Source: Octopus sinensis (Eukaryota). Taken from it: DNA of 64,000 bases. The stretch covers positions 188,418,001-188,482,000 of the forward strand of contig NC_042998.1 in assembly GCF_006345805.1 (NCBI RefSeq), in the 5' to 3' direction. The notes below the pieces were generated by a model, which saw only the letters and a list, made by a program, of their open reading frames with translations, made no database searches and was not told the origin of the DNA. The stretch's first letter is position 1. Each line of letters starts with the position of its first letter. Positions 49,667-62,316 of this stretch are shown here, piece by piece. The translations under genes and the position numbers were made by a program.

Positions 49667-50080
49667 GGCGCAGGAGTGGCTGTGTGGTAAGTAGCTTGCT
49701 AACCAACCACATGGTTCCGGGTTCAGTCCCACTGCGTGGCATCTTGGGCAGGTGTCTTCTGCTATAGCCCCAGGCCGACCAATGCCTTGTGAGTGGATTT
49801 GGTAGATGGAAACTGAAAGAAGCCTGTCGTATATATGTATATATATATGTGTATGTGTGTGTGTGTTTGTGTGTCTGTGTTTGTCCCCCTAGCATTGCTT
49901 GACAACCGATGCTGGTGTGTTTACGTCCCCGTCACTTAGCGGTTCGGCAAAAGAGACCGATAGAATAAGTACTGGGCTTACAAAGAATAAGTCCCGAGGT
50001 CGATTTGCTCGACAAAAGGCGGTGCTCCAGTATGGCCGCAGTCAGATGACTGAAACAAGTAAAAGATAAAAGAAAAGAAA
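49667..50080 (+). mobile_element. SINE A, full length
   Basis: Complete head, microsatellite and 3' module. Confidence 0.92.
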
Positions 50081-50889
50081 GATATATGGTAAATGGGCGA
50101 ATTCACTTAACAGTCGTAGTCGTATATGGTTATACATTACACATAAAAAGGAATACCGAATGTATTACACGCAAATATATGAAACAGAAATTAACTATAT
50201 TACTCTATAATCGAATAAAACAGCGTAACACTTATAGTTCACTTACTTTATATTTATGTTTGTATATTTCACACTGTTGATTTCACTCTCGCTATACATA
50301 CGCACATCAGACTTCTCAAATTGATCACCGACGTATTAGATATATTACAAACAGATACGTTTGTACATGTGATCAAATGCTGAAACCATTGATTCAATAA
50401 AACAATATGACAGTATTGCCATAAATCTCCTTTGAACGCATCATTATACTAGCTCGTGGCATTGTATAATTGATTTAATGTAAATTAGTCAAGTGCTTTT
50501 CAATGAGGTTACTTCATCACACCACAACGTCAGTTTAATTAACAGAAAAATAATATGCTGATATTGAAAGAGGTCACCGTGTATAGGCTGGCTGAAATCA
50601 GAACAGCTGGAACTGCTAGACGGATCGAGCTTTTCTGACCCATCTTACGGCCCATATTTATAGTAAGGCTGGCCGCCAATAACCTGAATCAAATGATTAA
50701 CTGAATAAATTGAATTTAATAAAACCTTAAGCCATTTGATTTTATATATCACCGTTCATATCAAACACTCTGACGAATGATTTTAAATTTCTTGGGAAAA
50801 TATATTTAACAATACTGGTGGTGATAGTGTACCAAAGACAACCAGAGATTGCTATCACATACACCTGTCTGAAGCAAGAACACCTGGTA

Positions 50890-51085
50890 CTATACTGGTT
50901 TCAGATTTTCGGGGAAGAGTTTAATTCGATCACATTCACATCAGTACTCGACTGGTACACATTTTATCGACATCGAAATGATGAAAGGCAAGGTCGACCT
51001 CGACGGTATTTAAATTCAGAACGTAAAGACGGACGAAATACCGCCAAGCATTTTTCCCGGCGTGCGATCGATCCTTCCAGCTTGC
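50890..51085 (-). mobile_element. SINE B, degenerate
   Basis: Reverse complement matches ...TTCTGAATTTAAATACCGTCGAGGTCGACCTTGCCTTTCATC...GTCGATAAAATG.GTACCAGT. Confidence 0.8.
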
Positions 51086-51183
51086 TGGATTACACCTGGT
51101 ACTATATCAAAATATTATAGTATGAAGAAGATGACCTCTATAAGCTTAGCTCTCAGTCGTACATACACATATACATGTGTATG

Positions 51184-51263
<80 letters not shown>

Positions 51264-51384
51264 CATATACCCACATACAAATACATACATACAGAAAATA
51301 ACTGTACACACATTTATACACACCCATATGTATCCGTTTGTATGTTCATATATGTATTGTTAATTGATTGTGATCCTTAAAATA

Positions 51385-52420
51385 AGATGTGGGGGTTAGT
51401 TGAAGATTAAAATTTAAAATGGCGACAAGTAGGGTTGTTGAGGATTACCAACGGGTTGTTGTGGATATATACTGTGTGGTTATATAGGTTGCATTTAGAT
51501 TTGTGGTAAAATTTGAAGGTATGAAAAAAGCGGTGGTTGCATGTGCTTAGGGCCTCATTATATTTGTTTAGTAGTCTTGAGGAGTTGTGTTTAAATATGT
51601 GGAATGCTTCTTTGAGGCATAATTTACAGGCTAAGCGTTGACCTTGGTATGGACCATGAAAACGTGTAGAGAATATTTCTATTTTTGAGATGATGTATGT
51701 AACTGGCGAGTGTTATGGATTTACTGTGTTTCTCGTATCTAAAAGAGTTGAGATGAGCGGCATATCGCTGTTTAAAATTTATGGTTGATCATATATATAT
51801 GGCTGTAAATTGAGCATGGTGCATTCATAAATTACATTAGATTTTCTGCAATGGGTTTGTAGAGGGCAGACGGACACAGGACGGCAGTTACGAGTGAGTG
51901 TATTTTAGGGATTATTTTCAGGAATGTAGGAGGTAATACTGTGAGAGGAGAGGTTAGTGATGGGGGTAGAAAGGTCTAAGTTATTAGTATTATCAATGTT
52001 ACTATTACTATTATTGTTATTATTGCTAACGTTGTTGTTAATTATTCTATTTGCAAGGGTGGTAGAAGTTGTGGTAGTATTACAGGTAGTGTCAGTAGGA
52101 TGGGTTGGGTTATCGTTGTGGGCTAACGTATGAGGTTCAATGCTGGAGCTATGTACATGTTGGGTGGTCGAGTATTTAGAGTTGTTATAGTGTGAGTTTT
52201 GATAGTAGAGGGAAAGTTTCTGTTTATTAGAGGCTGCTATGATAGATCCGAAGTTGGGTGGGATGAAGTAGGATAACTTCAGAGCGAATCTGTTAAAGTT
52301 AGAGCTATATCTATATTGGCAAGGGAAGTTGGAGTCCAGTATATTAAAGAAGGATTTAGCTAAGTTCTTAACATTAAGTGAAAAGCGGGGTGCATAGCAT
52401 AGAATAGAAGTCCAGTTCAT
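51385..52420 (-). mobile_element. Penelope/Poseidon-type PLE linker plus GIY-YIG (no RT), decayed
   Basis: YAPRFSLNVKNLAKSFFNILDSNFP...FNRFALKLSY...PNFGSIIAASNK; past an in-frame TAA, NCRPVSVCPLQTHCRKSNVIYECT; FKQRYAAHLNSF...LASYIHHLK; CKLCLKEAFHI...LLNKYNEALSTCNH. Confidence 0.85.
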
Positions 52421-52599
52421 ATATATATATAGGAGAATTCACAAAAAAAGTACGAAGACAGATGGTGTAGAAAACAAACAGTTGTATTAGTATAACGCTC
52501 GGGAATTGAAAAAGTCCTTAACGTTTCGAGCCTTCGCTCTTGCACAGAACGGAACACAGAAAGAATCAAGGAGAAAAGTGTGTGTAGTTACTAGCGATA

Positions 52600-52600
<1 letters not shown>
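52421..52600 (-). mobile_element. About 185-bp (TA)n-flanked hammerhead-like mini-element (second copy)
   Basis: Reverse complement ATCGCTAG.AACTACAC...CTGTGCA-A-GAGC-GAAG-GCTC-GAAAC-GTT-AAGG...TTCCCGAGCGTTATAC...CTGTCTTCGT...CTCCTATATA; homologous to 31595-31780. Confidence 0.75.
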
Positions 52601-52663
<63 letters not shown>

Positions 52664-52666
<3 letters not shown>

Positions 52667-52907
52667 CAGTTGAATAAAGTTAAAACATGGTCTGGTTTTC
52701 ACATTTTTATTATTGTATTTACATATGTTGAAGTGTATTAAACATTAAAAGAATATTTTGTAATGTTCATAAAGTTCAGTTAGTGCTTTCACACGTTCGT
52801 AGTAATCATCAAATTTCAAAATTTATTCAACTGACAGTTGAGTTCTCTTAAAATACAATAATAAAAACGTGAAAACCAAACCATGTTTTAACTTTACTCA
52901 ACTGATA
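52664..52907. mobile_element. MITE-like or fold-back element with 57-bp inverted repeats (3 mismatches)
   Basis: 52664-52720 versus reverse complement of 52851-52907; left side abuts (TG)n. Confidence 0.75.
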
Positions 52908-53654
52908 TTATTCTATACACATTTATACATTTACACAAATTCTTTACTCAACTGATATTACTCTATACACATTTACACAAATTCGAAATATATATATATA
53001 TACATATATACACCCCTTCTCCTTGGCTTACTATCGAGTTTCGTTCCAACTGACAGGTCGTAAGTCGGATTTATTTTTCAGCACTATTTTCATTAAAATG
53101 CAACTGATGCTCGAAAACGACTGAGTGAGAGATAGTGGCAGGCAGTACATGTCTGAGCCCAACGGAAGCCTGCTTAGCCAGATTCTCCCATTGTTATCGT
53201 AGGTGGAGCTGCCAAACGTCCGAAAATCAAATTTTAAAATTCATTTATGATTTTTTTTATATTGATTTTAATTGGGTCCGTAAGTCGCAGAGATCGTTAA
53301 TCGAGAAGTTGTGTGTGTGTGTGTGTGTGTGCGTGCACACGCGTATGCATGTATGTGTATGTATGCATGTGTGTGTGAGTGTGTATGTATGCATGTCTAT
53401 GTATGTCTGTATACATATATGTATGCATATATGTATGTATGTATTCAATTCAAATAAACTAATAATGAAATTAACGATAACAGACAAGAGGACGTGCACA
53501 AAGAACGTTTTAATGTCGCCGTCAGTAACAGGAGAGAGTTTTTGACGTTTCGAACATAGTTTTTCACCGGAAAAAGACCGTAAGTGAAAAGACCGTTCGA
53601 TATCTGTGTGTGTGAGTGTTGATAGATAGAGAGATACATACATACATACATGTT

Positions 53655-53962
53655 GGAGGCACATGGCCTAGTGGTTAGCGCAGCGGACTCGCGGTCGAGG
53701 GATCGCGAGTTCGAATCTCAGACCGGCTGATGTGTGTGTTTATGAGCGAAAACACCTAAGCTCCACGCCGCTCCGACAGAAGATAATGGCGAACCTCTCC
53801 TGGCTCTTTCGCCAGCCACAACTTTTTCTCACTCTTTCCTCCTGCATCTTGCAGCTCACCTGCGACGGATCGGCGTCCCGTCCAGGTAGGGAACCTATAC
53901 GCCAAGAAACCGGGAAACCAGCCCTTATGAACCAGGCATGGCTCGAAAAGGAACAAACCAAA
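53655..53962 (+). mobile_element. tRNA-derived SINE, family C (tail type 2)
   Basis: GGAGGCACATGGCCTAGTGGTTAGCGCAGCGG...GAGTTCGAATCTC head (clear A and B boxes), then core and tail as in 11932-12229. Confidence 0.88.
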
Positions 53963-53966
53963 AATA

Positions 53967-53997
<31 letters not shown>

Positions 53998-54274
53998 TAC
54001 ATACATACATACCGAAGGATTGATAGATCGAGTGTGACCTGGCGTGACCTTAGTTGCTGGGTGTTGTATCTTATTTAAGTAGCGCTTTTGAACGGAGGGT
54101 TTTTTTTAATCAGACTTTTTAATTCATATTTTCTGCTCTTTCTTGATGGTGGTTACTTTTCCGCACTTTTACGATTAACAGAGCCTGGAAGCAGTGGACG
54201 TGTTTCTACGCATTCAGCAGCTCATTACGGCGGGTCAGGCTAGTTGCTTGCTTCCTAATAAAAGAGCCTTTGTT

Positions 54275-54323
<49 letters not shown>

Positions 54324-57300
54324 CTCTAACACACACACATATATATATAGATTTTGCGTGTGTACATATACACATTTACATATATTTACTGCTCGCTGTC
54401 AGTAATGTTCCGACTACCTGTGCTTGAGTTCAAATCCTATTGAGGTCAACGTTGCCATTTATCTTTTCGGGAGAAGATGGAAGTATATCAAACCGGAGCG
54501 TTGGTCTGTCGAAGTGGCAGAGAGTCGGACAAGAGGCATTGCAGGTTCTTTTAAGCATCACTGGTGACATGGAGGAAAATGACATGTCACGCTGGGCAAT
54601 TTCTAGTGTTTACAATAACCTGTGCCATGGAAAGGAAATTTTCAGTGGTGGGGCATATCTGGACAATGCCTCATACACACACATACATATAAAATAAATT
54701 TTCGTTATTTGTAGTGAGTTTCTATGTGTGTGTGTGCATGTGTGTGTACGTGTACATATGTGTGTGTATATGTGTGTATGTGTAACATGTTGGTGTATAT
54801 CAGGTAACATGGCTGGAGTTTTGTAATGCATATACAATGTATGTGTACGCCAACGTACAGTCGTATGCTTTATACGCATTATATGCATTTATTAAATGTA
54901 AACTTCTTGAATATTTCACATATCTTGATAGTATCTTTGGCGGTCTCTTGCTCGGATGTCTTGATTAGACGTGTTTTCTCAGCTTTTGTGAAACTCAACT
55001 GCTCGAGATTGGTTGGTTGTGAGATATTTTGTCATGTATCCAAATGAGTATGTATGTATTCACGTATGCATGAATGCATGTATTTATTGATGTGTTTGTA
55101 TGTATGCATGTCTACATTGTGTGTGTGTGTGCGCGTGTGTGTCTGCACGTGTGGTGTGTGTGTGTGTTTATATATTTCCCCGTATTTCAGTGAACACTAG
55201 CAAAGGTGTATGTGAAACAAAATCCACCTGGTTACAGACGAGCGGCTCACCTCTTTCTATTTCCCGTACTGCAACCGCCGTCAAAAATGTAGTGAAATAG
55301 TAATTCGAAAATTTTAACATATAATCAATAACGCCTATTTTCAACAAATTTCAGTTTAAATAAACAAAATAAACTGCAGTTTAAAATATACATATATAAA
55401 TACTCAATGAGTAGCATCGAGCTTGTTTGAAATAGAATAAGTTAGTTGCATATACTAATATAGAGATTTCTATAGAAATACCACGGGAATACTCACGTTA
55501 AATTGTACATTGATGTTCACATACTGAAACTGTAAGCTCCCTGTTCGCTGCAGTAAGAAATCACCAATTAATTAAGAACAGTAACTGGAACTCATAGGCT
55601 TCTGCGGAAATACATCAGTGTAAATTGGATTGAAAATAGTAAAACGAAAGATATTTCTTAGTGGAGCGTGAAATAAAGCAGAGGTTAAAGTTTCTGGCGG
55701 AGGTCGTCGCTGGAGAAGAAATAGGATGAAGTTAATGCTCCACTCGAAACTTTTCTCTCAACTTCTCACCTTACTTCAAGATATAACTTTTTTTCTTTTT
55801 ATTCCTCTACTAATTGTACATTTGGCCACCTCTTTAGATGTTTATTTTCTTTTGAAAGACAGCGGAACTGGATATCAACACTTTCTTTTCAAAGACTTTT
55901 AGAGGAACTTGGTATCAGCTTTATTTTTGCTAGTTGATCTCATGAACAGTATTATAAAACGACATAATCGCTTTCTGTTTTTGTTAATCTATGTATGAAT
56001 TACTTGAACATAGTGCTTCGAAAGCCAATTCATCTCGCTTAAAGCATATTCCTATTAATGCTTACGTATGATATTTCCATAAAAATTGCATGCACACACA
56101 TATATACATGATGATGCATACAATGTTAACGGTTAATGTTTCTAAGATCGAAAGAAATTTTAAAACTATTTTTATATCTATAGACTGAAATTTCCTACGT
56201 CAATTTTTTCAACGATTTTAAGTCTCTTACATTCAATCATCTCAATAGAAATGCTAGCTGAAAGGTAGAACTGTCCAAGTCTAGGTGATGCGTAATTGGG
56301 AAGTCTGCTGTTTCTAAATGAAACCTCAGTGAAAGTTGATGCATGCGTATTTTCAGATGGAAATTGAAGATTTATAAGACTTCGCAAATTTACGCCTGTT
56401 TATCTTTATGTTTAAAGGAATAACAAATGCTGGTTTTGAGAAATGCCATTAACTGTGTATTGTGTACTACGCCCTGCAAATATATAGACTGGGTTTCGAC
56501 TCAATCTAGCACTAATCTTCCTAAGACCCATGCCATTAATTGTGCTTCATGTATGATGCCCCTGCAAATGTATAGAACGTATTTACTCAACGAAGTGCTA
56601 AGCTTGCCAGAATGCAATGTTTGGATTGACATACATATGTCATAATATGATGCAAATTTGTAGACTACAACGATTATATTAAATAGCATCCATCATTGGA
56701 CACTATATTTCTATGATTGGAAGTCATTTACCTAAGTTTATACCCTGAATCATATAATAGTGACAAATGTTTATTAATAGTATTAACAGTTGAAACATTT
56801 TTTTTATATTATGCAAAACAGCAATTTAATTTTCTTTTATTGTTGAAGAATTTATTCATTCATTTGTTTATTTTTAGTTTTAGAATATAATTTATATATT
56901 TGATAATGACATAATTCTTACTGACTAAAACTTATTTTAGATTTATAATTTTTACGTAGAAGTGTTATATGCTGCAATGAAATAGCTACCTTTCGGAGGG
57001 GGGGGGGTTATAACCAAAATATTATAAAGGAGAAAACACCCATTTTCTTGAGGGTAAACATAATTGTTTGGTATGAACTATAATAGTTATGCCGTTAACT
57101 TGTACTTCGTGTGTACGTTGTAAAATCAATCAATTTTGATAAATTGATAGATTTCAGAATTGAATTTAGTTCTATTTATAAGATTCTCTAATTATCTACG
57201 TATGCCTAAATTTAGTGTAAATACCTGCTGCTTACATTTCCTTCTTTCTAGAGTCTAGAATCTAGACCTTGCATTCCAACAATAAGATAATGAAGAAGCT

Positions 57301-57371
57301 GTCTAAAAATCTTTTTTAAAGTATATTGTAAAAATTTATATTACAGTAGGGAAGCGTGCTAACCATCTGAG

Positions 57372-57434
<63 letters not shown>
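57372..57434. repeat. (CTA)n microsatellite
   Basis: Visible directly. Confidence 0.95.
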
Positions 57435-57686
57435 GTATGTGTACTGCGTAGATTATTCTAGAGTGAAATAAATGTCAATAATATACTGATGTCAATTACA
57501 CCCACAATTCATATAAAATGGAATTCTGTCTGATTTAAAAGATTCATTGTTATTATTTCTTTTATTACCCTCCCTCTACCCAATTTATAATGTGACATTA
57601 CGATTTGGTTGGTTCAGAGATGTTATCACATAGATTCTTTAGGTCACGCTGTTATGTTCACACAAATGTCAACATTCTTCAGAATC

Positions 57687-57725
<39 letters not shown>

Positions 57726-58862
57726 CGTATTTTAAAGGATTTTTTCTTTCACGTATTTCGTTTTTTGTAATTTCTGTTGTCTCATTCATTTGGCAAACGT
57801 TAATAATTATAAACCAGTAAAGTATAAAATATTTTGAATGGCTTGCATATACTAGAAAATAAGATATATCCTGCAAAAATGTCATGGAGAATGTATATAC
57901 CACTATTTCGTTTATTTTTAGTTGTTTCTTTTATTTTTAGTTTAAATTGTATGCATACTTACCTTTCAGTTGTCTAGCTATGTATAGTTAGGTATATTAG
58001 AGATGAAGATCAACGTGAAATATTATATACATAGTATATTGATATCGTTAATTCATTCAATGATTCTTTTCTATTTAATACATCTTTTAAGTATCGTGTA
58101 AGTTGCTGCTCCAAGGAAGCAATTATAAAACCAGGTTACCTTCCTGGGTATTTTAAATTCTAGCTCTACTTTTCGTCTACAATACTCATGTTATATTTTA
58201 GTTTTAAACGTTTTCTACTTTACATCACTTGTAGCCATGCCTGCGATATATAACATAAATTAAAAGTATACAATTTAGGCCTTGGATTATATAATATTTA
58301 TTTCATTAGTGCACAATTCAATGTTTGCTTTTAACGATGGATTTGTGTGTAATTTAATATTATTTATAATTTATATCTTTTCTTTCCTCGTTCTATCTCT
58401 CTTTTTCTTAACTTCAATTTACCATTTTTTTAATGCTTGACGCTCTATATGAGTTGTCGTATTTCGAATAAGTGGGTAAGGAGACTGTATATTTTAATTG
58501 CACAGTGGAACACACTGTACTCCATTCTTACGAAAGTTAACTTTGTCGGCATATGTATGGTTGATATGATAACGTCTAATTTTCTTTTCTATTAATGACA
58601 CTTAAAAATATACTTACAAAGGAGGAAACCGTTATTTTTTAATTATTATTTTGATAGGGGCAACTGAATAGCATCTTAAATCTAAGTAACAGTATACATT
58701 CATTAAACCCGTTCTTGTTCTTCTACGTAATGAGCAAGTAAAACTTGTTACAGCTGTTGATGGAAAATGAATCCATATAGCACTAAACATTGTATATAAA
58801 GGAATTTACGCATAGTATTTAAACTGTTTCTGTTTTTTTTTTAAGTTTAGATTCTATGCCTT

Positions 58863-58900
<38 letters not shown>

Positions 58901-59363
58901 ATATATACATATTTTTCAATTTTTAAAGATATATTGATAATTCTTTAAAGACTCTCCTGTTATATATAAAAAAAAGCTGATTAAGCTAATCTGAAAGCAA
59001 TTATTTAAAAAATCTTTTTTAATGAAAGTAAATCAAAATTTCTGATCGCTACAAAATACAAAGTTTCTCGTTTTCCTTCTAATGCTATTTCAGAAGAGCT
59101 GAAACAAAATGGAAGATTATTTTCTTTTGAATTTATCAATGCAGAGTTTTTCAACTGGTTTAAGCTTTTCAATAACCCGATTGTCATTCATTGTCATACA
59201 TAATTTATATAAATCCTAAACTTACATCAGTTGATATTAGTCGACTTGATGTATATCATTTTTAGGTCGATGAAATAACCACCAGCCAAGCGCTAAGTTA
59301 ATTATATACTTTCTTATGAAATTCGCGGCATTTTTCTCATGTTATAAAAGAAATATTACAAAC

Positions 59364-59394
<31 letters not shown>

Positions 59395-59411
59395 TTTTTT
59401 TTTTTTTTATT

Positions 59412-59764
59412 AAGGCGGAGAATAACTAGTATGTCAGGCAAAATGCTTAGCGATATTTTGCCCGCCATTACATTCTGAGTTCAAATTCCATCGCGGTCGA
59501 CTTTACCTTTCATCCTTTTGGGAAGTCGAGGTAATCGATTAGCCTCCTTCCCCAAAATTGATGGTCCTGTTCCAAAATTTGAAATCATCATTATCATTAT
59601 TAAGTCGGCGAGCTGGCAGAATCGTTAATCCGCCTTTCATCATTTCGATAAATTAAGTACCAGTTGAGTACTGGGGTCGATGTAATCGACCATCCCCTTT
59701 CCCCAACTTTCAGACCTTGTGCCTATCGTAGAAAGGATTATTATTATCATCATCATCATCATCA

Positions 59765-59828
<64 letters not shown>

Positions 59829-60047
59829 AGGCGGTGAGCTGGCAGAGTCGTTAACATGCAGGGGCTAAATGCTTAGCGTTATTTTGTCCGTCTTCACGTT
59901 CTGGGTTCAAATTCAACCGAAGTCGACTTCACCTTTCAAGCTTTTAGGGTCGATGAAATAAGTAACAATTGAACATTGTGGTCGATGTTATCGACTTAAC
60001 CCTCCCCCAAAATTGTTGCCTTTGCACCAAAAATTTGAAACCATTAT
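59412..60047 (+). mobile_element. Cluster of three SINE B copies separated by (TTA/TCA)n (about 59412-59600, 59603-59735, 59828-60047)
   Basis: Each begins GGCGG.GA...GGCAGA or similar and ends ...CCAAAATTTGAAA or GAAAGGATTATT. Confidence 0.8.
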
Positions 60048-60049
60048 TA

Positions 60050-60720
60050 ATATATTTATTGTGTCTTCACTGCATGGCCAGTCGCAGCTCTTGGTGCCTT
60101 AGGTATGCGCAATGTTTTGTTTCGCTCTCGTTACTTTGTTGTATAGAAATTGTTCTATATATGTGTGCCGTGCTTAGTAGTGCGATAACGATTTTCTGTA
60201 TGTTATCTGTAAGTGCTGAGATTACCATTCTTTGTCTGTATCTCTTTCTATCATTCCGAAGGAACCTATTATTATAGGAGTTGTTTCTGTTTTCAGATCT
60301 TTCATTCAGGTTGTCATTATTTTCATATCTTTGTATTCAGCAATTTCTCCATGTTATCATATTTCATGACTGATGCTTCAGTTAAGAGATATGTCTCTTC
60401 GCAGTGTTCCACGACAACAATATCTAATGGATAGCCTTCAGATCTCTGTTAATGTGTTTGAGAAATATCCCAGAATATTGTCCCATTTTCTTTCTCTGTA
60501 ACTTTTCCTACTGTTTATTCCACTTCTTTTCTGATGATGTTTCATAATGCTGGCATAACATCCAGACTATTTAAAACTTAACTCTTGTCATATCTGAATA
60601 TGTGTTCTTTTCTGATGATGACTTGGAAATCAAAGACAATGTCATTAAAAGTCAGAGACAATGTTACTCCACCTTCTTCACATATATCGCAGTTACTTAT
60701 GTACTGTTTCATTTCATACT
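60050..60720 (-). mobile_element. R4/Dong-type element, 3' end (RLE domain plus 3' UTR), decayed
   Basis: KVTEKENGTIFWDI...PLDIVVV...ETTPIIIGSFGMI...IQKIVIALLSTAHIYRTISIQ matches the R4/Dong C-terminus. Confidence 0.75.
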
Positions 60721-61309
60721 GTTTGTGGTTTCCGTTCGGGAAGCTTAGATCTCGTGTAGCGATCAAGAAAATCAGTTATCCCCAAATATATTCATAACAT
60801 AAACAAGATGACGTTGTTGGTCTGTGTCAGCCAACAGGAGAACGAAATGGGAAGTGAGTCAAACGGCGGCGAGGAGGTTAAAACTCACTCACTTCCCTTA
60901 GCTACTTATATCAGCAATGACTTGCCCTCTTTGCAACGTCTACCACTACCGTTACGATGAACAGTAAGAAAAACAACGTGCTGTGCGACTAGACCAACTC
61001 CATTAACATCAGTGACTCCACCTTAATGAATTTTGCATTCATAAACAGCATCAACACCTTCAGCAATAAGACAACGGCAAGATAAATAATGGAAGTCAAA
61101 ACAAGTATGATAGAGTCAGCAGTATTAGTTCTGCTACAGTTGAATACTGCTGCTGCCACCACCAACTCACAAATATCATTATTTAAGAGAGGCTTTCCAA
61201 TAATCCGCACGGTCAAGAATACCGATTTATATACGTTTCTCCAAGATAGAGGTAAGTGGTTTCTCCCCTTTTCTTCTCTCATTCCACATAGTTGTACCCA
61301 GAACGTATA

Positions 61310-61900
61310 ACTGTACGTTGCCTGGGGACTACATGTGATGAATCATAGGTGTAGATATCAATGCGATTAGTCTCTTCGACGGCTACAATGTGTACGTATC
61401 TTGTGATCAGCCAGAATCGGTCGGTGGGGGTAGAATTGCTGCTTGGGAAAAACTTGGACTTCAAGAGATGGACAATCTTCATGGACCCGGATGACAAGTC
61501 TGCAACGGGTGCGAGTGGTGGCATCGAGAGTGGTGCCTCCAGGCTAATAACTGAATATATTTCGACTGCAAAAGAGCAACTACATCTTTTAAATGACGCG
61601 AAAAAATATTTGGAATGTTCTCTTCAGTACTGGAATAGCATTTTAGACATTCGCTGAGATTTTGTTGGGTTAGCCGATACGGGAAAGAGTGCAAAAACCT
61701 CGCAAAACCATTCAGCGAAGTGGCACTTACCAATTGGATTTCCAGCATAGACATGAAACAACTATATTTTAGTATTAAGTATGAATCTAAAGAGGCTGAA
61801 TCTAGATAGATTATCTGTCTGACGAACATACCGGGAGAGTGTAGGATAGGGACACATCGATAGGTAAAATGGTTGTTTGCGATTAATCGGTCTTGCCTCA
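61310..61900 (+). mobile_element. Decayed L1/Tx1-type APE endonuclease region (possible ORF1 remnant upstream, about 60800-61250)
   Basis: GVDINAISLF...SVGGG, LGKNLDFKRWTIFMDPDDK, SRLITEY and YWNSILD are spaced like the APE motifs (F-x-D-P-x-G-R, F-R-L-I-x-V-Y, G-D-W-N-A-x-L-D). Confidence 0.5.
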
Positions 61901-61934
61901 GCGGCCGGTGCCGATCACTCGACTGCCAATTATT

Positions 61935-62316
61935 TATCTTTTATCTTTTACTTGTTCCAGTTATTGGATTGTGGCCATTCTGGGGCACTGACTTGAAAGT
62001 TTTAATCGAACAAATCGACCCAGTACTTATTTTGTAAAGCCTTGTAATTATTCTATCGGTTCTTTGCCAGACCGTTAGACTACGGGGACGAACATATACG
62101 TACATACATACATACATACATACATACATACATACATACATACATACATACACACATACACACATGCATACACACACATACATACACACGCATACACACA
62201 CACACACACATTCAGTTTCCGCCTACCAGATACGCTCACAAGACTTTGCTTGGCTCGAGAAGCTTGCTCAAAGTACAAAGCTGTGGACTTGAAACAAACT
62301 TGTACTCAACAGCCAC
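61935..62316 (-). mobile_element. SINE A, old degenerate full-length copy
   Basis: 3' module at 61935-62095, expanded (CATA/CA)n, head remnant at 62210-62316. Confidence 0.75.

Noticed and set aside
53655-53730. tRNA genes at SINE heads (also 4634-4708, 10540-10613, 11387-11470)
   Set aside because: A and B boxes are present, but there is no complete cloverleaf or acceptor stem and each continues into a SINE body or tail.
55245-55300. Minus-strand donor GAG|GTGAGC as a possible non-coding first exon
   Set aside because: A single motif with no promoter or transcript evidence.
61089-61257. Candidate exon ending at AG|GTAAGT (61252)
   Set aside because: No good upstream acceptor; it lies within a decayed LINE-like region with stops nearby in all frames.
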